DNA of 64,000 nt from Candidatus Poseidoniia archaeon. GTDB taxonomy: Archaea > Thermoplasmatota > Poseidoniia > MGIII > CG-Epi1. Position 1 is the stretch's first letter. Each line of letters opens with the position of its first letter. The stretch spans positions 91,059 through 155,058 of the forward strand of contig JASLZX010000001.1 in NCBI GenBank assembly GCA_030754655.1. The letters are read 5' to 3'. The notes beneath the pieces were generated by a model. That model was given only the letters and a program-made list of their open reading frames with translations, was not told where the DNA came from and did no database searches. Both the position numbers and the translations under genes were made by a program. Positions 8,103 through 17,638 of this stretch are shown piece by piece.

Positions 8103-9247
8103 GCCGGGTCGCGATGCTGCTGGGGCACGACCTGCTCGAGCCGACCGTCGACACCCGCGTCTGGCGCGAGGCGCTCTCGCTCATTGGCGCCGGCTACGAA
8201 GTGACTGTTTTCTGCTGGGCGCGGCGCGACGATTCGCTGCCGGCCGAGGAAATCCGTGACGGCGTCCGCGTGCGCCGCATCTTCGCGTCGCTCGACAGCT
8301 GGCTGCCGGGGCGCATGTTGGCGTTCCGCAGTGCGATGCGGCAACTGGCCGAGGCGGCCGCCGATGAGCTGCCGGCGGTGGTGCACGCGCATGATCTGGA
8401 GACGCTGCCGGCCGCCTGCCGGGCGGCCGACGCGTGCGACGCGAGAGTCGTCTTCGACGCGCACGAGGACTGGCCGCTGCTCGAGTGGGTGCAGGGGGCG
8501 GCGCTCGGCGCCTGGTTCGGCTGGCAGCAGCGCCGCTGGCTGCCGCGCGCCGATACGGTCGTGACCGTCTCGCCCGAGCTGGCGAAGCGGCTCGGCGGGG
8601 CGGAGGTGCTCTACAACTCCGAGCCGCTGGCGGTCGTCGAGGCGGCCGCGAGAGAGGACTTGCGCGCGAAACTGGGGCTTGGCGGAGTCGTCGCAGGCTA
8701 CATCGGCGCGCTGCGGCGGCGGATTATCGAGCAGTTGCTCGACGACGCCGCGCAAGTCCCGGAGGTTACGCTACTGGTCGTCGGCGGCCCGCCGAAGGGG
8801 CGCGCCGGCTACGCCGGGCTGCAGGAGCAGCTCGAGACGTATGCCACCAAAGTTGGTGCGCGGGCGGTCTTCACCGGCCCGCTGGCGTACGACCGCATGG
8901 GCGACTGCTACCGCGCTTGCGACCTGCTGCTGGTCGGCCACTATGTTGCCGAGCCGTTGCGGCACGCCGCCGTCCCGAAGAAGCTACTCGACGCGATGGC
9001 CTACTCAATCCCGGCCGTGGTCGGCCCCTACGAAGCGCGCCGCTCCATCGTCGAGCGCCACCGCTGCGGGCTGGTCGCCGACGACTGGCTGGCGCCGCTG
9101 CGCAAACTGGCGGGCGACGGCGAGCAGCGGCGCGAAATGGGCCTGCGCGGGACCGCCGCATGGCGCGAAAAATACTGCTGGGACCACATGGAAGAGCGAC
9201 TGCTGGCGCTCTACGCGGGGCTGCTGGCAACAGCGGAGGTGCCGTGA
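8099..9247 (+). CDS. GT4-family glycosyltransferase (GT-B fold)
   Basis: 382 aa with typical GT4 C-terminal features (…EPLRHAAVPKKLLDAMAYSIPAVVGP…GLVADD…). The GTG start overlaps the LmbE stop. Confidence 0.7.
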   Translation: MSRVAMLLGHDLLEPTVDTRVWREALSLIGAGYEVTVFCWARRDDSLPAEEIRDGVRVRRIFASLDSWLPGRMLAFRSAMRQLAEAAADELPAVVHAHDLETLPAACRAADACDARVVFDAHEDWPLLEWVQGAALGAWFGWQQRRWLPRADTVVTVSPELAKRLGGAEVLYNSEPLAVVEAAAREDLRAKLGLGGVVAGYIGALRRRIIEQLLDDAAQVPEVTLLVVGGPPKGRAGYAGLQEQLETYATKVGARAVFTGPLAYDRMGDCYRACDLLLVGHYVAEPLRHAAVPKKLLDAMAYSIPAVVGPYEARRSIVERHRCGLVADDWLAPLRKLAGDGEQRREMGLRGTAAWREKYCWDHMEERLLALYAGLLATAEVP

Positions 9248-9273
9248 ATAACCCCGGGGTGGCTAGCGGCGCG

Positions 9274-10284
9274 ATGCGGATCCTGCTGACTGGCGTCGGC
9301 TGCCCCGGCGCGCACGCACTCATCACCAGCCTGAAACGGCAGTCGCCCGAATTGTGGATTGCTGGCACCGACGCTTCCCCTCAAGCGATTGGCCGCTGGC
9401 TCTGCGACGACTTCGCGCAGGTACCATGGGCACACGACGAGGGATACGTTGACGCTGTCGTTGAGCTGGCGCAGCGCTGGGAGGTTGAGGTGGTGTTCCC
9501 GCAGACGTCATGGGAGATGTTCGAGCTTTCCAAGGCAGCAGACCACTTCGAGGGTGTGGCGACGCTGCTGGCGTCGCCACACGAACAGGTCGCCGCGTGC
9601 GAGGACAAATTCGCGATGTATGACGCCCTGAAGGGCAAAATGGAACTGCCGCGCTACGGGCTGGTCCATTCACTAGCGGAGCTCGAGGCGACCGCCGCGG
9701 CGCTGGGCTACCCGGAACGCGACGTTGTCTTCAAGCCGCCGCGCGGCAAGGGTTCGCGCGGCGTGCGAGTGCTGACCGAGCATGCCGACCGCTACGAGCT
9801 GCTCTTCGAGGAGCGGCCGTTCGCACGCTACATCTCGCTGCAGGAATTGCGCACGACCGTTGGCGACCGCGAAATCCCGCCGCTGCTGGTAATGGAATAC
9901 CTCGAGGGTGAGGAGCATAAGATTGACCCTCTAGCGCGTGGCGGGGAGGTGCTGCTCGGGACCGTGAAACGGCGGCTCAACTACGCTTCGGGCCTGGCAA
10001 TGGGGTTCGAGATTATCGAGGCGCCGGAGCTGCTCGCGTATGGCGCCGAGGTGCTGCGCCATATCCCACTCGACTGGTGCGTCGACATCTCCACTCGCGG
10101 CGGGGTGCTAATGGAAATTAACCCGCGCGTCTCGACTTTTATCTACTCCGAAAACTGGTGCCCGCCCTGGCTGGCGCTACAGCTCGCGACCGGCCGTATC
10201 AGTGCTGACGAGGTGTGTGCGCGGCAGTCTGATGCGCCGGTCGGGACGCGCATGTTCCGCTACTACTGCCAGCAAGAATTCTGA
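9274..10284 (+). CDS. ATP-grasp domain ligase
   Basis: MRILLTGVGCPGAHALI… pre-ATP-grasp region followed by an ATP-grasp core (…DVVFKPPRGKGSRGVRVL…LLVMEYLEGEEHKIDPLARGGEV…MEINPRVS). The track ORF 8434..10284 is an out-of-frame upstream extension across the GT4 gene. GTG 9244 is an alternative start. Confidence 0.65.
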   Translation: MRILLTGVGCPGAHALITSLKRQSPELWIAGTDASPQAIGRWLCDDFAQVPWAHDEGYVDAVVELAQRWEVEVVFPQTSWEMFELSKAADHFEGVATLLASPHEQVAACEDKFAMYDALKGKMELPRYGLVHSLAELEATAAALGYPERDVVFKPPRGKGSRGVRVLTEHADRYELLFEERPFARYISLQELRTTVGDREIPPLLVMEYLEGEEHKIDPLARGGEVLLGTVKRRLNYASGLAMGFEIIEAPELLAYGAEVLRHIPLDWCVDISTRGGVLMEINPRVSTFIYSENWCPPWLALQLATGRISADEVCARQSDAPVGTRMFRYYCQQEF

Positions 10285-10322
10285 CCCCGTAACGGTAATA
10301 GCCACCCCTGAATCGCGGCGCG

Positions 10323-11165
10323 ATGTTCATCATCAGCGGCTCCACCCACCAACGGCTCGGAGTCGCGCTGGCGCAGGAAACTGGCGCCGAATTCTGCGGC
10401 GTCGTAAACAAGGCATACCCCGACGGGGAACGCTACGTCCGCATCCTGCGGCAGGTAAGCGGGCGTGATGTGGTGGTTATCCAGAACACTTTCCCCGACG
10501 AGAAAATCGTTGAGCTTCTGCTGCTGCTCGAGGCCATCCACGAAGCTGGGGCCGCGTCGGTGACGACCGTCATCCCCTACATGGGTTACGCACGGCAGGA
10601 GCGCATCTTTCAGGAGGGTGAGACCATCTCCGCCCGCGCCGTGGCGCGCCCCATTGGGATGCGCAGCGACCGCGTCCTGACGGTCTCGGTCCACACACCA
10701 GATGTACTCGACTTCTTCGGCTGCCCTGCCGAGGATGTCGACGGGTTGCGCGAGGTGGTCCACTACCTGAAGGGCTTCACGCCGGGACTTGTAGTCGCAC
10801 CCGATGAGGGGGCGCGCGAGCGATGCTCCATCGCCGCCAAAGAACTGAAGGCGCCACTGCACGTCATGTCCAAGACCCGGCTGGACGACCGCACGGTCGA
10901 GACCGACTCGGGTAGGGTTTCAGTGAAGGGGCAGACTGTCGTAATCCTCGATGATATCATCTCCACCGGTGGGACTATTGCGTCGTCGGCGCTGCTACTC
11001 AAGGACTGGGGTGCCAGCCAGGTGCTGGCAGCGTGCACCCACGGGCTGTTCATCGAGGACGCCGCCAACCGGCTGCGGGTCTGCGACGACATCCTCAGCT
11101 CCGACACGCTCGAGGGTGTCTACACCCGCTACTCGGTCGCGCCCGCCATCGCCGCTGCGCTCTGA
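10323..11165 (+). CDS. prs: Ribose-phosphate pyrophosphokinase (PRPP synthetase)
   Basis: PRPP-binding loop VVILDDIISTGGTIAS with typical N-terminal and flexible-loop regions. Confidence 0.85.
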   Translation: MFIISGSTHQRLGVALAQETGAEFCGVVNKAYPDGERYVRILRQVSGRDVVVIQNTFPDEKIVELLLLLEAIHEAGAASVTTVIPYMGYARQERIFQEGETISARAVARPIGMRSDRVLTVSVHTPDVLDFFGCPAEDVDGLREVVHYLKGFTPGLVVAPDEGARERCSIAAKELKAPLHVMSKTRLDDRTVETDSGRVSVKGQTVVILDDIISTGGTIASSALLLKDWGASQVLAACTHGLFIEDAANRLRVCDDILSSDTLEGVYTRYSVAPAIAAAL

Positions 11166-12181
11166 TGCACTGGGCCGGTCCGCTCTTTACACAAAGCGGC
11201 TTCATCGACGGGTGGTTCGACCCGGACCGCGGCGAAGAGGGCGAAGGGGCTCCACCCGGCGATGCGCTGGAAGGGCTCATCCTGCCACCGTTCCGCAACT
11301 GCCACACACACCTCGGCGACACGCTAGCGCGCGACGGAGCGCCCGACGCGTCGCTGGCGGAGCTGGTCGGTCCGGACGGTTTTAAGCACCGCTGGCTCGA
11401 AGAGGCGGACATCGCAGCCTCAATTGCGGCCGGACTGTGTGAGGCGGCCGCCAGCGGTACCGCACTGTTGCTCGACTTCCGAGAGGGTGGTGAAGCTGGT
11501 CTCGCGCAACTGGCGCAGGGCGCCGCGAACGCTGGGTGGGGCGTTGAGGAGGGGGCGCCGCAGGTGGTCCCGTTCGGCCGGGCCGCCGGGGGACGGCCGC
11601 TGCCGGGCCGCCACGTGGGGCTGCCCGGACTCACAGATATGCCAGTCGGCGCGGGACACCGCATGGCCCTCGAGGCGCGTGCCGCCGAGGGGCTGGTAGC
11701 GCTCCACTTCTCCGAAGGCGAGCGCGAGTCGGTCGAGCGCATGCTCGAACTGGAGCCAGACCTCCTGGTCCATCTCTGCCACGCCACGGAGGAAGACTTG
11801 CGCAGCATCGCGGATGCCGGCATCGGCGTTGTCATCTGCCCGCGCAGCAACGCGCGTTTCGGACTGAGGCCGCCGCTGGAGGAGCTGCTAGCACTGGGGG
11901 TCGATGTCGGGCTAGGGACAGATAATGGAATGCTGTGCACTCTCGATATGCTGGCGGAGCTGCGCTTCTGCCGTGAGACGTTCCCGAATGTGGCGCCGGG
12001 AACGCTGCTGCGAATCGCCTGTGGGGGATTGGATGAAACCCTTAAGAAGGCAGTAAAGTGCGACCGGAGTAGTCCCCTTCCGGCAGGGAGGATACTGGTT
12101 TCACAGCACGGGCCCGACCCACTGGAGGCCGTATTCGACCCGCAGGCAAAGGTGCTGGAAATGAGGTCTGGATGCGAATAA
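11165..12181 (+). CDS. Metal-dependent amidohydrolase superfamily protein (deaminase/chlorohydrolase-like)
   Basis: NCHTHLGD metal-binding HxH motif and C-terminal GLGTDNG. ATG 11165 overlaps the prs stop. The track ORF 11033.. is an upstream extension. Confidence 0.6.
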   Translation: MHWAGPLFTQSGFIDGWFDPDRGEEGEGAPPGDALEGLILPPFRNCHTHLGDTLARDGAPDASLAELVGPDGFKHRWLEEADIAASIAAGLCEAAASGTALLLDFREGGEAGLAQLAQGAANAGWGVEEGAPQVVPFGRAAGGRPLPGRHVGLPGLTDMPVGAGHRMALEARAAEGLVALHFSEGERESVERMLELEPDLLVHLCHATEEDLRSIADAGIGVVICPRSNARFGLRPPLEELLALGVDVGLGTDNGMLCTLDMLAELRFCRETFPNVAPGTLLRIACGGLDETLKKAVKCDRSSPLPAGRILVSQHGPDPLEAVFDPQAKVLEMRSGCE

Positions 12182-13014
12182 AACAGGTGATGACGAGCCC
12201 GGTCATCTGCGCTGGAGTGCCAGGTAACCGCACAGATGTGCTGCACCTGATGATCAAGCATCACGTCTCGGGCGTCCCGGTCGTCAGAGAAGGAACCATG
12301 GTACTGGCCGGGATTGTCTCCCGGAATGATATTTTCAACCATACTGGCGAGGAACAGATTGCGATGATTATGACCTCGGATGTTGTGAGTGTTACACCAA
12401 ATTCTACCATAACTTCTGCGGTGCGCAAATTTCTGGAGCTGGGTTTCAATCACCTCCCGGTTGTCGATCATGGTGAGGTAGTAGGCGTCGTCACCCCCAC
12501 CAACCTGCTCCCGCTGGTCGCAGCAAATGGGGAGACGACCGTCCACGATTGCCTCTCTGGTAGCTGTGTCCCACTCCACAGGTCGACTCCCCTCGGCGCT
12601 GCGCTGCGTATCATGCGGCTCTCGGGCGCGCGCGCCATGCCGGTGCTGGGTAAACGCGGGCTGCTGTGCGGGATAGTCACCGACCGTGACCTGTTTGACG
12701 CGACCGACGTCCGTGAAGGGGTCTCGGTTTCCGAAATGGGGGTCGCGGACGACGAAGACCCCTGGTCCTGGGATGGATTGCGCGACATCATGCGCATCTA
12801 CCATTCCGAGAGGCGATTGTTCCTGCCCGACGTCCCTGTGGAGAAAATTATGATTGAGGAGGTGGTGACTGCTTTCTACGGCAGTCCGGCCAGCAGCATT
12901 GCCCAAATTATGCTTGATGGAGACTATGGGCAGGTCCCGCTGGTTGACGCCGAAGGGAAACTGACTGGGATGGTTTACTGCCAGGACCTCCTGAAGGTGC
13001 TCCTGACGGCATGA
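12172..13014 (+). CDS. CBS-domain protein (two CBS pairs)
   Basis: Four repeats of the CBS pattern (…HHVSGVPVVREG…GIVSRNDI…, …HLPVVDHGEVVGVVTPTNLL…, …RAMPVLGKRGLLCGIVTDRDLF…, …GQVPLVDAEGKLTGMVYCQDLL). Confidence 0.7.
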   Translation: MRIKQVMTSPVICAGVPGNRTDVLHLMIKHHVSGVPVVREGTMVLAGIVSRNDIFNHTGEEQIAMIMTSDVVSVTPNSTITSAVRKFLELGFNHLPVVDHGEVVGVVTPTNLLPLVAANGETTVHDCLSGSCVPLHRSTPLGAALRIMRLSGARAMPVLGKRGLLCGIVTDRDLFDATDVREGVSVSEMGVADDEDPWSWDGLRDIMRIYHSERRLFLPDVPVEKIMIEEVVTAFYGSPASSIAQIMLDGDYGQVPLVDAEGKLTGMVYCQDLLKVLLTA

Positions 13015-14594
13015 ATTTTAAGGAAGTAATGGCGCTCGCCAAAAGGCGAGGAATCTTCCAGCCTGCCTACGAACCATATGGTGGCGTTGCCGGACTGCTC
13101 GACTACGGTCCAGTCGGTGTACGGATGCGCCGGAAAATCCTCGCGCTCTGGCGCCGGCAGTTTGTAATCGAAACCGACGCGCTCGAACTGGAAGGAGCCA
13201 CTATCGGACCGGAAGCGCTTTTCAGGGCGTCGGGGCACCTTTCGGAATTTGATGACTTGTTGGTAGAATGTAATGAGTGCAAGAAACTGCACCGCGCCGA
13301 CCACCTCGTCGAAGGAGGCGACGCGCTCGAGAAGGAAGCGCTCATCGCCGAAGTTGTAAGGGTAACCTGTGGTGGATGTGGTGGTGCACTGGGTACGCCG
13401 CGCCCCTTCAACCTGATGTTCGCCACCTCAATTGGTGCCGGCCGGGGCTCGACCGGGTACCTGCGGCCGGAAACCGCACAGGGCATCTTCCAAGCCTTTC
13501 CGTGGCTCTTGCGCCAGAACCGGGGCAAGCTGCCGCTCGTCGCGGCGCAAATCGGCCGCGCCTTCCGCAACGAAATCGCCCCGCGGCAGGGGCCGTTGCG
13601 ACTGCGCGAATTCACCCAGATGGAGGTAGAGCACTTCTTCCTGCCGGACGCGGAATCCAGTCTGCCGGACGGAGTCGGCAATGTGGTGGTTTCGCTGCTG
13701 CCGGCTAATGGAAAGGGGGTCGAGATTTCCATCAGTGAAGCGCATGCGAAAGGTGTAATCATTTCACCACTCGTTGCCACGTGGCTAGCGCGCTGCTGCA
13801 AGTTCATCCTGGATTGTGGTGTGCCGCCCGAGAAACTGCGTTTCCGACAGCACAACCAGAATGAGATGGCACATTACTCATCTGATTGCTGGGATGGAGA
13901 GGTGAAGACTTCGGTCGGATGGATTGAGGTTGTCGGAATCGCGCATCGTGGTGACTATGACCTCAAGGCACATGCAGTAGCCAGCGGCCGCGAGATGCGC
14001 GTTCCCGCTGGCGGGGGATCGCGGCTGGTCGAACGATGGATTCCAAACAAAGGCGCGATCGGCAAGCAATTCAAGTCCGCTGCTGGCGATGTCCTAGGGC
14101 AATTAGATAGTAGTGCTGTACCTGGAATTGTTGTTGGAGTGGGTGGGAAGAAAATCGAGCTGGATGAAGAATGTTTCACACTGGAAACAACCACAGTGCA
14201 AGAGATGGTTTTCCCGCAGATTGTCGAGCCTTCATTCGGGCTGGACCGTTTGCTCTATGTTGTACTGGAAACGGCGTGGCGAAACAAAGACGAGAGGGGG
14301 TGGCTGGCGCTGCCGAAGGTGGTGGGTCCCTATGATGCGCTCGTGGCGCCACTAATGGTCAAAGACGGGATGGGGGAGCGCGCAAAAGAGATTCATAGGG
14401 AGCTGCGCCAGAAAGGAATGGACGTTTACCTTGATTTGGCCGGCTCTATCGGCAGGCGCTACGCGCGCGCAGATGAAATCGGCGTGCCGCGTGCCATAAC
14501 CATCGATCATCGAACACTGGAAGACGGCACGGTAACGGTCCGAGAACGAGATTTAACCGAACAGAAAAGGGCAAGCATCGAAGACCTCCAATAG
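13011..14594 (+). CDS. glyS: Glycyl-tRNA synthetase, archaeal/eukaryotic alpha2 type
   Basis: Class II aaRS motifs, a Zn-ribbon insertion (CNECKKLH…CGGCGG) and a C-terminal anticodon-binding domain. 527 aa. Confidence 0.9.
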   Translation: MNFKEVMALAKRRGIFQPAYEPYGGVAGLLDYGPVGVRMRRKILALWRRQFVIETDALELEGATIGPEALFRASGHLSEFDDLLVECNECKKLHRADHLVEGGDALEKEALIAEVVRVTCGGCGGALGTPRPFNLMFATSIGAGRGSTGYLRPETAQGIFQAFPWLLRQNRGKLPLVAAQIGRAFRNEIAPRQGPLRLREFTQMEVEHFFLPDAESSLPDGVGNVVVSLLPANGKGVEISISEAHAKGVIISPLVATWLARCCKFILDCGVPPEKLRFRQHNQNEMAHYSSDCWDGEVKTSVGWIEVVGIAHRGDYDLKAHAVASGREMRVPAGGGSRLVERWIPNKGAIGKQFKSAAGDVLGQLDSSAVPGIVVGVGGKKIELDEECFTLETTTVQEMVFPQIVEPSFGLDRLLYVVLETAWRNKDERGWLALPKVVGPYDALVAPLMVKDGMGERAKEIHRELRQKGMDVYLDLAGSIGRRYARADEIGVPRAITIDHRTLEDGTVTVRERDLTEQKRASIEDLQ

Positions 14595-14646
14595 AAACGG
14601 GACCGGGGAGACCAGACAGACACCCCTTCGTTTCGCATGGAAATAA

Positions 14647-14653
14647 TTTTTTC
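14647..14653 (+). terminator. T-tract candidate terminator downstream of glyS, preceded by a GGGG…CCCC hairpin
   Basis: ggggagaccagacagacacccc hairpin followed by aaataattttttct. Archaeal termination typically occurs at oligo-T. Confidence 0.35.
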
Positions 14654-14659
14654 TATGCA

Positions 14660-14715
14660 CCGGTTTGTTTGTTTTAATTTCACTCTATAAATATATAAAA
14701 TAAAAAGAAAAGTTC
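14660..14715 (+). promoter_or_regulatory. AT-rich intergenic block with TATA-like elements in the 325-nt spacer upstream of top6A
   Basis: gtttgtttgttttaatttcactctataaatatataaaataaaaagaaaag is very AT-rich in a 65% GC genome. The spacer 14595-14924 also contains a 9-10 bp hairpin (ccgtcatcaccgcttgtgatggcgg) at about 14783-14810. Confidence 0.4.
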
Positions 14716-14924
14716 CAGACGAAATCAAGGGGTTTCTCTGTCTCAGCGCGTCCGCCATCCACCGCCCCCGTCATCACCGCTTGTGATGGCGGCTCCTGGG
14801 CTCACCTATCGCCATCTCAGATCTATAAGCGACTAACACACTACACAATCGCTAGATTCAGGCTAGCACAGCCCCCACAATACACCACCCCAACATCTCA
14901 AAAGCACCAGCACAATGGAGCCGC

Positions 14925-16007
14925 ATGCCTAAGTCCGCGATTGGCCAGCTGGAGCAGATTGCTGGCCAAATTCACAAACAGCTCACTCTGGGGGTGGTCC
15001 CCGAGATGAACCTCCCTACACGCAGCAAGGCCAACATAATCTTTGACCAGCAGCAACAAGTCTGGAAGTACGGAAAATCGAGGACTACCCGCACGGCCAA
15101 GAAATTGGATGGGGCGTATATGCTGCTACGCACAACCCACCTCCTCGACTTCATCCGCGACATGGTTGGCCAGCAGAAATCGTCGACCCTTAGGGAGCTC
15201 TATTACATCTCTGAAGGGTGGGATCTGGGCAAGTTCCACTCGCAGGATGAGTCCAACAAACTGATTGAGGACCTTGAAATCGTAACTAGCTTCCAGCGCG
15301 AGGATTTCAAAATCCGCCCGGAAGAGGACGGTGCTAAGGTACTAGGTGACCTTACTTTAACGGAGATAAATCGCAAGGGTAAGCCGATGCGTATCAATTG
15401 CCGCGATGACGTTGGTGACACCGGCTACGCGATTCCCTATAATGTCGAGCCAGAGAAGATTACTTTCAACAACTCAGGCAACGCACGCTGCATCATCGCC
15501 ATCGAGACAGGAGGAATGTTCGACCGGCTGGTCGAGAATGGATTTGATGAGAGCCACGGTGCAATTCTGGTCCACATCAAGGGGCAGCCTGCCCGCTCGA
15601 CACGTAGGTTCCTGCAGCGGCTCAGCGATGAGACTAGCCTTCCGTTACTAGTCTTTACCGACGCCGACCCATGGTCGTACCGGATTTACGGCTCGATTGC
15701 CTATGGTGCCATCAAGACCGCCCACATCTCGCACCTCCTCGCCACCCCCACCGCGCGCTACCTGGGGGTGACTCCATCCGACATCACGAACTACGAGCTT
15801 CCGCACGACGAGCTCACCGAGCGCGACCGGCAGGCACTGAAGTCAATGCGCAGCGACCCTCGCTTCCTCAATGATTATTGGAGCTCGGAGATAGAGCTGC
15901 AACTAGAGATGGGGCTCAAGGCTGAGCAGCAGGCTCTCGCCAAGTATGGCCTCGACTTCGTGACCGACACTTACTTGCCGGAGAAGCTGGCCGAAGCGGG
16001 TCTCTGA
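14925..16007 (+). CDS. top6A: DNA topoisomerase VI subunit A (Spo11-like)
   Basis: Conserved Topo VI-A/Spo11 core with a Toprim region (…LLVFTDADPWSYRIYGSIAYGAIK…). 360 aa. Confidence 0.9.
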   Translation: MPKSAIGQLEQIAGQIHKQLTLGVVPEMNLPTRSKANIIFDQQQQVWKYGKSRTTRTAKKLDGAYMLLRTTHLLDFIRDMVGQQKSSTLRELYYISEGWDLGKFHSQDESNKLIEDLEIVTSFQREDFKIRPEEDGAKVLGDLTLTEINRKGKPMRINCRDDVGDTGYAIPYNVEPEKITFNNSGNARCIIAIETGGMFDRLVENGFDESHGAILVHIKGQPARSTRRFLQRLSDETSLPLLVFTDADPWSYRIYGSIAYGAIKTAHISHLLATPTARYLGVTPSDITNYELPHDELTERDRQALKSMRSDPRFLNDYWSSEIELQLEMGLKAEQQALAKYGLDFVTDTYLPEKLAEAGL

Positions 16008-16012
16008 AAGCC

Positions 16013-16156
16013 CTAGTTACCGAGAATCCGGTACATACCAGTGCTGCATGTTGGGCAGGTGCCCTTCATCGCCTTGCGGCCGTTCTTCATGGTGACCTTA
16101 GCAGCGTTGGACATGGTTCGCTTGGACTTGCATTTGACACAGTAGGCTTCTGTCAT
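16013..16156 (-). CDS. Small (47 aa) zinc-ribbon protein, DUF5679-like; absent from the ORF track because it is under 60 aa
   Basis: My reverse-complement translation gives MTEAYCVKCKSKRTMSNAAKVTMKNGRKAMKGTCPTCSTGMYRILGN, with C-x2-C…C-x2-C. A TATA-like ggtataaatattaat sits about 25-35 nt upstream on the coding strand (16180-16195). Confidence 0.5.
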   Translation of the reverse strand: MTEAYCVKCKSKRTMSNAAKVTMKNGRKAMKGTCPTCSTGMYRILGN

Positions 16157-16318
16157 GTGGGGGCACGCTTCGCAATGGTATAAATATTAATCCCCCCGAC
16201 GATAAAATTGGTTTCAGCCGTTATAAGAGAGTTAATCCGGTCGGCTTGACGCGCACCCCTGTTCCAGCCGTGGGCTTTAGCGGCTGCGCCGTAGCGCCCA
16301 AATAAACCCCCTTGGTAG

Positions 16319-17539
<1,221 letters not shown>

Positions 17540-17638
17540 ATTCGGCCGCTGCCGGTGCGGGTTTCCAACCCCAAGGCAGCGTAGAAAGCGCTCGGCTGAA
17601 GGGAACCTTTAAAGGAGAGGCTCAGGTCGCGAAGCCAT

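Noticed and set aside
8434-9243. N-terminal 270 codons of the 616-aa track ORF 8434..10284
   Set aside because: This part is out of frame with, and fully inside, the GT4 glycosyltransferase gene. It translates to Arg/Ala/Gly low-complexity sequence. The real ATP-grasp gene begins at 9244/9274.
11095-12906. 603-aa ORF on the minus strand (S/P/A/R-rich) antisense to the amidohydrolase and CBS genes
   Set aside because: Low-complexity composition typical of antisense frames in high-GC DNA. It fully overlaps two sense genes that have clear enzyme motifs.
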